Source: an uncultured Gammaproteobacteria bacterium (GTDB lineage: Bacteria > Pseudomonadota > Gammaproteobacteria > JACCXJ01). From it: DNA of 64,000 nucleotides. The DNA lies in contig CAVXTM010000011.1 of NCBI GenBank assembly GCA_963764725.1, positions 224,001 through 288,000 on the forward strand. The letters are read 5' to 3'. Position numbers and translations under genes: made by a program. A model generated the notes under the pieces. That model did no database searches. It was given only the letters and a program-made list of their open reading frames with translations, and had not been told where the DNA came from. Positions 10,250 to 19,800 of the stretch are shown here, in pieces (the first letter of the stretch is position 1; the number at the start of each line of letters is the position of its first letter).

Positions 10250-11338
10250 TTAATGGGCGCCGATGGACTGGATCACCACCTTAACCGTCTTGATTAGGAT
10301 TTTTACGTCAAGCAAAAACGAGCAGCTTCGAATATATTGAAGATCGAGCCTCACCATGTCATCAAAGGACGTCTTACTTCGCCCCTCCACCTGCCAAAGA
10401 CCGGTGATACCGGGTTTTATCTCTAGAATTCGCCTGAGATGCCATGATTGGTATTGCTCAGCTTCGTAAGGAAGGGGTGGCCGCGGTCCAACCAGACTCA
10501 TGTCTCCCCTTAGCACATTGAAAAGCTGTGGAAGCTCATCAATGCTTTTTTTGCGAATGATTCTACCAATCCGGGTAACCCGTGGGTCAGATTGTATCTT
10601 GTACAATGGGTTTATCATGTCCCCTTGATTGATCTCTTCAAGCTTGCCGTTGATAAACTTTGTGATGTACTCTCGGTGGATTCGGTCATCCCCGCTGGAA
10701 TGCATGGATCGAAATTTGTAGAAGGTAAAAGGAACTCCCTTTCTACCCAAACGGATTTGCTTGAACAAAACGGGTCCTGGAGAAGTGGTTGTAATAAGCA
10801 ATGCCGTAATCAATATTACTGGCGACAATATTAGTATTGCAAGCAGAGAACCTACGATGTCAACGCCTCGTTTCAATAGATTCCGAAGCGAGATAGATTC
10901 TGTAGCATCCTCAAGAAAGAAAGGAGAAAGCGTTTCTGGATCCTGTTGTTCTGCTGAGAACCTATGAAAGATCTGATCAGGAAAAGTCGCGGTGACGATT
11001 GAGAAAGGAGGCTTTTCATGTCCGTTAAACAGCTTGCTAACACATTGTTCCGCCCCCTTCTCGGTGGTATCTGGAAAAATTACGCCTATGACATTGTCAT
11101 CGACGTATCCAATGATATCGGTTTCCCGTAGGTATTCCGGAAGCGGGGTTATAAATTCCTCAAAGTTATTCAGCTCATTACTCGTCTTGTTCTCAAAGTT
11201 GATAAGCGCAATAGTCAAAGGGGCCTTGGAGCGCTCTGCCCGGCGCCTCTCAATTCGCAAATGCTTCAGGAAGTAAGGCTTCGGAAGCAGCTTGGTCTGC
11301 AAGGAGCTTATCCTGTTATGTACGCTACGATGCGTCAT
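10250..11338 (-). CDS. Initiating phosphoglycosyl transferase (bacterial sugar transferase) with a degenerate GGDEF-like N-terminus
   Basis: [51 protein letters not shown]. Confidence 0.92.
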   Translation of the reverse strand: MTHRSVHNRISSLQTKLLPKPYFLKHLRIERRRAERSKAPLTIALINFENKTSNELNNFEEFITPLPEYLRETDIIGYVDDNVIGVIFPDTTEKGAEQCVSKLFNGHEKPPFSIVTATFPDQIFHRFSAEQQDPETLSPFFLEDATESISLRNLLKRGVDIVGSLLAILILSPVILITALLITTTSPGPVLFKQIRLGRKGVPFTFYKFRSMHSSGDDRIHREYITKFINGKLEEINQGDMINPLYKIQSDPRVTRIGRIIRKKSIDELPQLFNVLRGDMSLVGPRPPLPYEAEQYQSWHLRRILEIKPGITGLWQVEGRSKTSFDDMVRLDLQYIRSCSFLLDVKILIKTVKVVIQSIGAH

Positions 11339-11464
11339 AGTGTGGTCGTCACGGCGTCACCATCGCGGCTGGAAGCGCGCGTCAAGTCCGAAACTGAAGA
11401 GTCGAGAAGCCCTTGGATTTGGAACTTATTACGATTCCGGCAATGTTGTATAATCCAGTTGAAG

Positions 11465-11479
11465 GCATGGAATGTACCA
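11465..11479 (-). promoter_or_regulatory. Putative sigma54 -24/-12 promoter of the sugar transferase gene
   Basis: TGGTACA-TTCC-ATGC (GG-N10-GC), intergenic, ~127 nt upstream of the ATG. Confidence 0.55.
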
Positions 11480-11492
11480 ATGGCTTGGGTTT

Positions 11493-12677
11493 TCATGCAT
11501 GCAAGGCGTCACGCAACGCTTGCGCTACTCGCTCCTGCTGTTCAAAGCTCATTCCTGGGAATAAGGGCAAGATGATACATGTGTCCTGCGATTCTTCGCT
11601 GTGTCGCAGTCGCTGACAGGATCCTCCAGGGCAGTCACAATGTTTCGACTTACCGCTACAAGACCAGCTACCGGGTGGATAGGCAGCTTCTCGGTGCGAA
11701 CACATCACCCCACGGCGTGTCGCCACACCGGCATCTAACATCGACTGCATCACTTGCCGCTGATTCGATTCCTCCGGGAGACGAACACAAAAGCTTTGCC
11801 AAGTGCTTCGCGCCCAATCAGGCTCCGCTGGTAACCCCATTCCTGGTATCTCGGAAAGGAGGGATCTGTAACGGGAAGCCAGATCCCGACGCCTGTTAAT
11901 AAGTCCAGGTAAACGTCTCAACTGCTCACAGCCAATCGCTGCCTGAATATCAGTCATCCGGAAATTAAAACCAAGGTCAGGGTAGGCCTCTACAATCACC
12001 TCAGAAGAATTATGCCGTGTGGTATCCGGGACGCTCATGCAGTGCTGCCGTAAGAGCCTAAAGCGGTGATCCCAATCGGCATTGTTAGTGGTGAGCATTC
12101 CGCCCTCGCCGGTCGAAATGACCTTACGCGGGTGAAAGGAAAAACACGCGATATCCCCATGTGGCTTGCCTATCCGTTCCCAGCTGTCTCTGATACGGAT
12201 TTCGCTACCAATGGCGCAGGCCGCATCCTCGATAACAGGTAAGCCGTAGTGTGAAGCAATATCCAGAATCCTTGGAAGATCGCACGGCATACCCACTTGG
12301 TGTACGCAAAGAATCGCTTTAGTCCGTTCAGAGATAGCGGATTCGATCAGCGTAGGATCGATGTTAAAAGTTTCTGGGCAGATATCCACGAATACAGGTA
12401 TGGCGCCGCAATAGCGGATACTGTTGGCCGTCGCGATGAATGAATGGCTGACGGTAATAACTTCGTCTCCTGGCCTTACGCCAATAGCGACCAGTGCCAT
12501 ATATAAGGCAGTCGTACAGCTTGAAACAGCGCAGGCGTGCTTCCCTCCAACGTAGTCGGCAAAGGCTTGCTCGAACTTCGTTACGTAAGGGCCTTGGCTA
12601 ATCCAGCCAGATTGCAGCACCTTTGTAGCCGCTAAGATTTCCTCCTCACCAATCCAAGGCTTCGTTATTGGTATCAT
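11493..12677 (-). CDS. DegT/DnrJ/EryC1/StrS PLP-dependent sugar aminotransferase
   Basis: SSCTTAL, VIEDAACAIG, FSFHPRKVISTGEGGM. Confidence 0.93.
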   Translation of the reverse strand: MIPITKPWIGEEEILAATKVLQSGWISQGPYVTKFEQAFADYVGGKHACAVSSCTTALYMALVAIGVRPGDEVITVSHSFIATANSIRYCGAIPVFVDICPETFNIDPTLIESAISERTKAILCVHQVGMPCDLPRILDIASHYGLPVIEDAACAIGSEIRIRDSWERIGKPHGDIACFSFHPRKVISTGEGGMLTTNNADWDHRFRLLRQHCMSVPDTTRHNSSEVIVEAYPDLGFNFRMTDIQAAIGCEQLRRLPGLINRRRDLASRYRSLLSEIPGMGLPAEPDWARSTWQSFCVRLPEESNQRQVMQSMLDAGVATRRGVMCSHREAAYPPGSWSCSGKSKHCDCPGGSCQRLRHSEESQDTCIILPLFPGMSFEQQERVAQALRDALHA

Positions 12678-12717
12678 TATCGATAAGTTATCCCTAAATC
12701 CTTTGCGCTCTGGATAA

Positions 12718-13431
12718 TTAGCGTGTACGGTGCGAGGTCTGCCCGACTTCGTGTGCGCCGCGCCACCCTATCACTATGGCTGGAACTCCAGCCACCTTGG
12801 CGTAGTCCGGGACATCGTGCACCACGACAGCTCCGGCACCGACGATAGCACCTTTCCCGATTGTCACACCCGGCAAAATCACCGCGTTAGTGCCAATATC
12901 CGCCCATTCTTTTACCCGAACCGGCTTAATCACCAAGTCGGTATGAATAATAGGCACGTCAAGAGGCAACCCCGTATGAGCCGACCCTAACACTTTTGCA
13001 CCCGGGCCCCAACCAACATAATTCTCGAGGATAAGATCACGAGCGTCGAAGAAACTCTGTGGTCCAATCCAGACGTAGTCGCCTAGCTTACAACTGCCGT
13101 CATACCGTCCTTGAATGTAGGCTTGGCTGCCGATAAATACGCCGCTACCAAGCTCAAATGTTTCAGGATGTTTAAAGCCAACTCCCGGTTCAACGCGCAA
13201 TCCATCGCCGCATACACGGATAAGCGCGCGCCACAATACACGCCGCATGAGGGAGTCAAAGTTACCGTAACCTTGCGAAAACCGGCTGTATAAATTGAGC
13301 AAATCTTCGCGAGTATATTGTTCACGCAATTCACGAGCTAACTCGCAAGCGTACATTGGATCGGGTGCTAGCTTCTGGAGGCCATGGACGGCTTTTACTA
13401 GGCGAGTTCCGACCGAATTATCGCTCGCCAT
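12718..13431 (-). CDS. Hexapeptide-repeat (left-handed beta-helix) acyltransferase
   Basis: IGTNAVILPGVTIGKGAIVGAGAVV...GVPA. Confidence 0.9.
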   Translation of the reverse strand: MASDNSVGTRLVKAVHGLQKLAPDPMYACELARELREQYTREDLLNLYSRFSQGYGNFDSLMRRVLWRALIRVCGDGLRVEPGVGFKHPETFELGSGVFIGSQAYIQGRYDGSCKLGDYVWIGPQSFFDARDLILENYVGWGPGAKVLGSAHTGLPLDVPIIHTDLVIKPVRVKEWADIGTNAVILPGVTIGKGAIVGAGAVVVHDVPDYAKVAGVPAIVIGWRGAHEVGQTSHRTR

Positions 13432-14524
13432 GCTGGGCCTCGTGCACCGCATTGGAAACGGCCTGAATTTGCTTTTCTCGTAACTCGGGAAACATCGGAA
13501 GAGATAACAACTCGGCCGCTGCTTTTTCTGTTACTGGAAGATCCCCTGCTCGATAACCATATTCCTGATAGGCTTTTTGCATGTGGACCGGTACCGGATA
13601 ATGAATTCCAGTCTGAACTCCCTTGGCCTGCAGCGTTTCTTGTAAACCGCTGCGCTTTGGCGTGCGCACGGCATAGACGTGGTAAACATGGCGGGCGAAA
13701 GGATGTTCCACTGGCAGCTGTACACCTGCATCTGCCAATCGCTCATTGTAAAAAGTAGCATGGTGGCGCCGCGCTTCGGTCCACGCCTCTAAATAGCGAA
13801 GCTTCACCCGCAGTATCGCCCCCTGGATCCCCTCCATGCGGTAGTTATAGCCCTTTAAGACATGATTGTACTTGGACTCCTGGCCCCAATCGCGGAGGAG
13901 GCGTATCACCCGCGCATACGCCTCGTTGTTCGTTACTACCATCCCCCCTTCACCACAAGCCCCTAAATTCTTACCGGGGTAGAAACTAAAACAGCCCAGA
14001 TCGCCGATAGAACCGATTCGCCGGCCATTGTATTCCGCGCCGTGGGCCTGCGCGGCGTCTTCGATAACGACTAGACCATGGCGTCGGGCGATCTTCAGGA
14101 TGGGGTCGAGATCTGCTGGATGACCGTGCAAATGTACTGGAATAATCGCTTTAGTCCTATTGGTAATGGCGCTCTCGACCTGAGTAACGTCCATACAAAG
14201 AGTTTCGGCATCAACATCGACGAAGATTGGTCGTGCCCCTGTATAGTCGATAGCCGCGACTGTCGCGACAAAAGTACAAGAAACCGTTATGACTTCGTCA
14301 CCAGGGCCGATTCCCGCTGCCAGCAACGCTAAATGGAGGGCGCTCGTACCACTGTTAACACCGACGCCATATTTCCCGCCGCTAAAGGCAGCAAATTCTT
14401 CTTCAAAGACCGCCACCTCACGCCCCAGCACGTATTGCGTGCTTGCTAAGGTAGCGTTGACTGCTGCTTGGATTTCGTTTTTAATACTCTCGTACTGCGC
14501 CTTAAGATCAATAAATGGAATCAC
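13418..14524 (-). CDS. DegT-family aminotransferase (WbpE/FdtB-like)
   Basis: MIPFIDLKAQY, NSGTSAL, IEDAAQAHGA, FSFYPGKNLG. Confidence 0.93.
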   Translation of the reverse strand: MIPFIDLKAQYESIKNEIQAAVNATLASTQYVLGREVAVFEEEFAAFSGGKYGVGVNSGTSALHLALLAAGIGPGDEVITVSCTFVATVAAIDYTGARPIFVDVDAETLCMDVTQVESAITNRTKAIIPVHLHGHPADLDPILKIARRHGLVVIEDAAQAHGAEYNGRRIGSIGDLGCFSFYPGKNLGACGEGGMVVTNNEAYARVIRLLRDWGQESKYNHVLKGYNYRMEGIQGAILRVKLRYLEAWTEARRHHATFYNERLADAGVQLPVEHPFARHVYHVYAVRTPKRSGLQETLQAKGVQTGIHYPVPVHMQKAYQEYGYRAGDLPVTEKAAAELLSLPMFPELREKQIQAVSNAVHEAQHGER

Positions 14525-14642
14525 GCGTTTAACCCTTCTTTAAAATTCATTTCGCATCTCGCCAGTACCTAGGCTGTAAACCCATCCAGCGACCGCAGAG
14601 GAGATCAATACAACCGTAACTTCCGCTCCTTCGACAGTAATT

Positions 14643-15713
14643 TTATGCAGCCTGGGTTCTGAAACTCGTTGACACGGTCTGCCGCCGCAAAACCCCGGGG
14701 ATTCCACCTACTTCCACCGGGCGGCCGCGTTCATTCATGGAACGAGTTGCCGCTTCCAAGACGCGTACGACCCTAACCCCTGCGTGCCCATCGCTGATCG
14801 AGGTTTCGCCTCGACTGATACAACGAACGAAGTGCTGCCCTTCGACTCGGAGTGCCTCAGTGATCTCTAGCTGAGGCGCCCACATGTCGCCCGTCCGATA
14901 CCCTACCATCGTGTTATAGAGCGCTTCCTTACTGCCGTTGACGGTAATCCCTTTGTCGTACACTTTTATCTTCTCACTGGGCTCCAGATCATCGTAAACG
15001 ATCATCTTTTGGCTTCCACCGATAAGTGTTCGACGCACTTTCACCGGTGCCAGCCAATTGACGTGTATATGAGCGATCGCATTTCCGTCAAAAAACAAGG
15101 TCAAGTAAGCGGTATTCGCGAGCGTTCCCGGAACGTGGTTCATTCCAGTTGCCGAGACTGCAATTGGTTTCAAAGGACATATGTAATCCATGATTGAAAG
15201 GTCATGAACTGCCAGGTCCCAGATCACATCAACATCGGGCCGAAACAAGCCGAGGTTAATTCTGGTCGAATCGTAATAATACAGGTCTCCGAGTTCACCA
15301 TTCGTGACAAGTTGGTGAATCTTTTGGACCGCGCTTGTGTAAACAAATGTATGATCGACATGCAGCAGCAGATTGCGCTTTTTGGCCTCCGCGACAAGGC
15401 TGGCCCCCTGTTCAGCGGTTTCCGTAAGCGGCTTTTCGATGAAGACGTGTTTTCCAGCGTTCAGCGCCCGTGAGGCCAACTCAAAATGACTGGATACCGG
15501 TGTCGCAATAACAATCGCATCGATTTCAGGATTCGATAACAGATCTCGATAGTCAGGGGTGATATGAACAGTTGGATATCGCGCTTTCACCAACTGTAGT
15601 CTTTGCTCCTCGAGATCACTAACGGCAACAACTTTGGCATCCGATACTTCCATGAAGTTGCGAACTAGGTTCGGACCCCAATACCCATATCCAATGAATC
15701 CCATCTTAATCAT
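14643..15713 (-). CDS. Gfo/Idh/MocA oxidoreductase (nucleotide-sugar 3-dehydrogenase-like)
   Basis: IGYGYWGPNL, HVFIEKP, WDLAVHD. Confidence 0.9.
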   Translation of the reverse strand: MIKMGFIGYGYWGPNLVRNFMEVSDAKVVAVSDLEEQRLQLVKARYPTVHITPDYRDLLSNPEIDAIVIATPVSSHFELASRALNAGKHVFIEKPLTETAEQGASLVAEAKKRNLLLHVDHTFVYTSAVQKIHQLVTNGELGDLYYYDSTRINLGLFRPDVDVIWDLAVHDLSIMDYICPLKPIAVSATGMNHVPGTLANTAYLTLFFDGNAIAHIHVNWLAPVKVRRTLIGGSQKMIVYDDLEPSEKIKVYDKGITVNGSKEALYNTMVGYRTGDMWAPQLEITEALRVEGQHFVRCISRGETSISDGHAGVRVVRVLEAATRSMNERGRPVEVGGIPGVLRRQTVSTSFRTQAA

Positions 15714-15807
15714 AAGTAATTCCTTTTAATTAACAAAAATCGTTACCGGATCTTGTGTATCCTCACTCTTTCACTGCGCATTCCGACGATCATGAGTTCC
15801 AGCTAAG

Positions 15808-15822
15808 GCATTATTCATGCCG
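15808..15822 (-). promoter_or_regulatory. Putative sigma54 -24/-12 promoter
   Basis: CGGCATG-AATA-ATGC (GG-N10-GC), 95 nt upstream of the oxidoreductase ATG. Confidence 0.55.
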
Positions 15823-16134
15823 TTATTTTCTGCGCCTAAGGACCTCGAAAGCTGCTGCCTATTTCTAATTCACCGAAAACAAATACCGCGGGTCGAGAGA
15901 CCGGAAGGTCGCGCGAAGCGGGCGCAAGGGGGATTCATAGCTCTCTAAAACCTCGTGGAACAGCGACGAATGATCCGTGCCGCTCGGTTAGCACAAACTG
16001 GCTAAAAACTAACGGATCGAAAATTACCTACCAGTAAAGACGCGACACGAGGTATTCCGTGTTGTACTGGCCGACCTCGATATTACATATGTCGTTAAAC
16101 GGCAACGCGAAAACCATCGACGAACTCATGCGAG

Positions 16135-16611
16135 TTACTCGGTTTTTCGAGTATCGCCAATGACCTTCGCGGGTACACCGGCTACGATGGCATAATCTGG
16201 CACATCGCGGGTGACGACTGCGCCGGCGCCCACAAGAGATCCTTCTCCTATTGTAACTCCAGCCAGAATAGTGGCATTGCTACCTATCGCAGCACGTGTC
16301 TTTATTCGTGTACGAATCACTTCCCAATCGGCTTCCGTTAGTAGGCCACCCGCGGGATTAACAGCTTGTGGATAGATATCATTGGTAAACATGACACCAT
16401 GGCCAATAAATACCCCGTCTTCGATATCTACGCCAGCGCAAATGAATGTATGACTAGATATCTTGCACCTCGCGCCGACGGACGCGCCTTTTTGTATCTC
16501 GACAAAACTGCCGATCTTCGTGCCCGCGCCTACTATACAACCATACAAATTTACTAAGTCAGGGTGATGAATTACTACGCCTTCTCCAAGGCAAACATCT
16601 TTTGCAATCAT
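16135..16611 (-). CDS. Hexapeptide-repeat N-acetyltransferase (WbpD-like)
   Basis: LVNLYGC, FVEIQK, SSHTFIC, GHGVMFTND, IGSNATIL. Start adjusted to MIAKD. Confidence 0.9.
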   Translation of the reverse strand: MIAKDVCLGEGVVIHHPDLVNLYGCIVGAGTKIGSFVEIQKGASVGARCKISSHTFICAGVDIEDGVFIGHGVMFTNDIYPQAVNPAGGLLTEADWEVIRTRIKTRAAIGSNATILAGVTIGEGSLVGAGAVVTRDVPDYAIVAGVPAKVIGDTRKTE

Positions 16612-16807
16612 GGTATTGTTTAACCGTCCGCTACTCTTTTGGTAAAATTTCGAGACCAGATCAACGCAAGTTGCTCTTAGATACAAATCCTTCTTATTGC
16701 ACGCTGCTCAAAATATCCTGCCGTCCACCGGACTGCGCATTGAAGGCGGCGGATAATATTCCAAGCGGCGCGCGTTGTGTGTACCTGGTCAACGACTCAC
16801 ACCTTCC

Positions 16808-19800
16808 TTACTGATAGGTCACTTGAACCGCAACGCTGTCCAACGAAAAGTCGCGGGCCGTAGAGGAAGCCACGTCGATGATGCGAACCCTGAAATTGGC
16901 GTTGGAAAAATCACCCGCAGTCCAAGTTCGCCCCCAAGTATTCGTCGCACCGCCCAAGGTATATACAACGTTCGTCGTAGTCAGGTTTGTCGTACTCAGG
17001 GCCGTGGTCCACGTTGTGCCGCCGTCCGAGGAGAGCTGCACACACATCCTCGGGGCGTTCGCAGTGCTATCGACCCTCGCGTGTAGGCGGACCTCAATGC
17101 CCCTGATCGATGCCCCGCCCGGCACATTGAAGTTGTAGTTGAAGTAGTTGTGCTTGTCCTTGCCTGCGTTGGTACATGACGTATTCGTGTTCGTACCGCT
17201 GTTGGTGTCGATAGCAAACTGGTCATCTGCGATGTAGGCGTTAGTAGGAGCGGTCTGGAACCCGTTGTTGTCGCCACCGCTAACCGCTGCGTTAGCACTC
17301 GGGGCTAAGAAGCCCGTACTTGTAATCGGCGGAGCGGGCTGCACGGTCAGCGTAGTGTTCCCCGAGACGGCGCCCGAGGTCGCCGAGATAGTCGTGGTGC
17401 CAGCGCCCGTGCCCGCCGTTGCCAATCCCGCGCTATTGATGGTGGCCACCGCCGTGTTCGACGAGGCCCAGGTTACCTGAGTAGTTATGTTCTGGGTGCT
17501 GCTGTCGGAGTAAGTGCCTGTGGCCGTAAACTGCTGCGTTGCCGACGTTTGGATCGTCGGATTTGCGGGCGTCACCGCAATCGACGCGAGTGTCGGGGCG
17601 GTCCCTGGAATGAATACCACGTCCACCCAGTAATTGCTGGAGGCGAAGGTGTTGGTCGGGAATCCCCCCGCCCCGTACAGGTACACCCCGTTGCCCCCAC
17701 TCACGCCGTTCTGCAGCGCATGCAGCGGGGGGGTGTCAACACCGGTGGTGGTGAAGCCCCCTTCATTGAGCGCGTAGTGCCCGTTAGGGGCGTGGTACGA
17801 AACCACATAGACCGTGTTGGCCGTGATCGCCACCGGGCTCGAGAAGTTCACCTGCTGCCAGCCCGAGGCGGTCTCGTTCGTAAAGGTCGCCTGCGCTAGC
17901 AATGTCCCACCGCTGCTCCATAACTTACCTACATGCGTGCCGGTGTTCGTACTGCCCTTGTAGAACCGCACCCCGCACGCCGTGCCGTTGACATCCGAGC
18001 GGAACTTGACCCCCAACTCCACCGCCGAGGTGTCCGGATCTGCAGCCACCGCCGGAACCGCCGTCGCCGGCCAGATCGTGTTGCCGGTACAGGTGGCGGC
18101 GGTCGCGGTAGTAAACGACCACGTGTGGTTGGCGGCGAGCGCATTGCCAGCCACATCCTTCACCCGCGGATCGGTCGCTCCGCCCTTGACGGTGGCGGTA
18201 TAGGCCGTGGAGGCGGCTAATGCACTGGTCGGCGTCAGCGTCGCCGTGTTGGCATTGTAGCTGACCGTAGCCGGTACCAAGGCGTTGACTGAGTCCCGCA
18301 GCTCGAAGGTCGAGCCAGTGATGGTCAACTGGTCCATTGCCTCGCTGAAGGTAGCCGTGACGGTTGTCCCGGTACTCACACCTGTGGTGCCATTTCCGGG
18401 GGAGGTCAACGTCACGGTCGGCGCCGTCGTATCAGTTGTCTGCGTAGTGGCCGAAGCCGTGTTGGAGTAGCCACTGAAATTAGGCACCGCATCGGCCGCA
18501 CGTACCCTATACCGGTAGATCGTGCCCGCCGTAAGCCCAGTATCCGAAAAGGCCGTACCAGTCGGCGTCCCTATTCGGACAAAATTGGCGCACCCCGTGC
18601 CTTGACAACGCTCGACCTCATAACCGGTCACGCCCACGTTGTCCGTCGCGGCCGTCCACGTCAGATTGATCTGCGTAGTCCCTACCGCCGTTGCGGTAAA
18701 ATTCGTCGGATCCGTCGGCGGCATCGTGTCCGGTGGCGGAGGCGCACCCACCGGTGTATTCATGTCGGTTTGGATCTCGGCCGCCGTCAGCACGCGGCTG
18801 TAGATCCGGACTTCGTCGATTAGGCCCGCGAAATATTCACCCCAAATGGAATTCCCGCCGACGCGGAGCGGTGAGGTCGAACTGATTATCGAACCGCCAG
18901 CGGCTTGGCTACCGGCTTGCGCCCCATTGACAAAGAGCCGCAGCGTCGTGCCATCGTAAGTGACTGCGAGGTGTGTCCAGGTGTTGAGCGGAAGGCCGGT
19001 AGCACCGATCGCCTGGGCGTCTCCGCTGCCGGTATTTATATACGCTGAGGGACGCGGCGCGTTATCGTGAGCATATAACGTATAGGCGAGCCCACCGGGA
19101 CGCTCTTTCATGATTACGGTCTGCCAGCCACTAAGCGCACTGGGGTTTACCCAGGCCTCAAGCGTCATGGTGGTCGTGAAGTCAAGCGTCGCTCCATCGG
19201 CCACGGTGACCCAGTCGTTGGTTCCATCGAAGCTCAGCGCGTTATTAAAACGCCCCGACGTGCTCCAGGTCGCTCCGCTGATTGTGCCCGTATGCCCATT
19301 GCCGGTCGCGTCGCTTGCCGACGTACCGGAACCTTCAGCAAACGCATAGGCCGCCACGAGCTGGCCCGAACCCCCGCCGCCACCGCCCACGGTGACGTTT
19401 ACACCCGCCCCAGGCGTTCCGAGATTCCCGCTGTCGTCCACCGCACGGCTCCGAATCGTCACATTCCCCGATGCGCTTGGGAGCCAGGTAAAGCTCCAGT
19501 TGGAGCGGCCGTTGGCTGGAAACCAAGTTGATCCGCTATCGACCGAGACCTCGACACCACCGACCACACCGCCGCCCGCATCGGCCGCGGTACCGCTGAT
19601 CGTCGTCGGACTGCCCGCCGGAAGGTTCGAGCCGCTGGTTGGCGAGGAGATCGCGGAGCTAGGAGCGGTCGTATCGCTCGATGCGGTCGCGGGAACCAAG
19701 TCTGACTGCCGTGTGGCGGGCTGCACGCCCATGTCGGCAAATAGGTTTAGGGTCGCCTGGCGCATGCGGACGTCGGCTGCCGTATTGCCTCGATCGTGGT

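Noticed and set aside
18677-18688. ops-like GGCGGTAG inside the FN3 modules (also near 23152-23163)
   Set aside because: It continues GGAC rather than NNTG and is explained by Thr-Ala-Val-Gly codons in duplicated domains.
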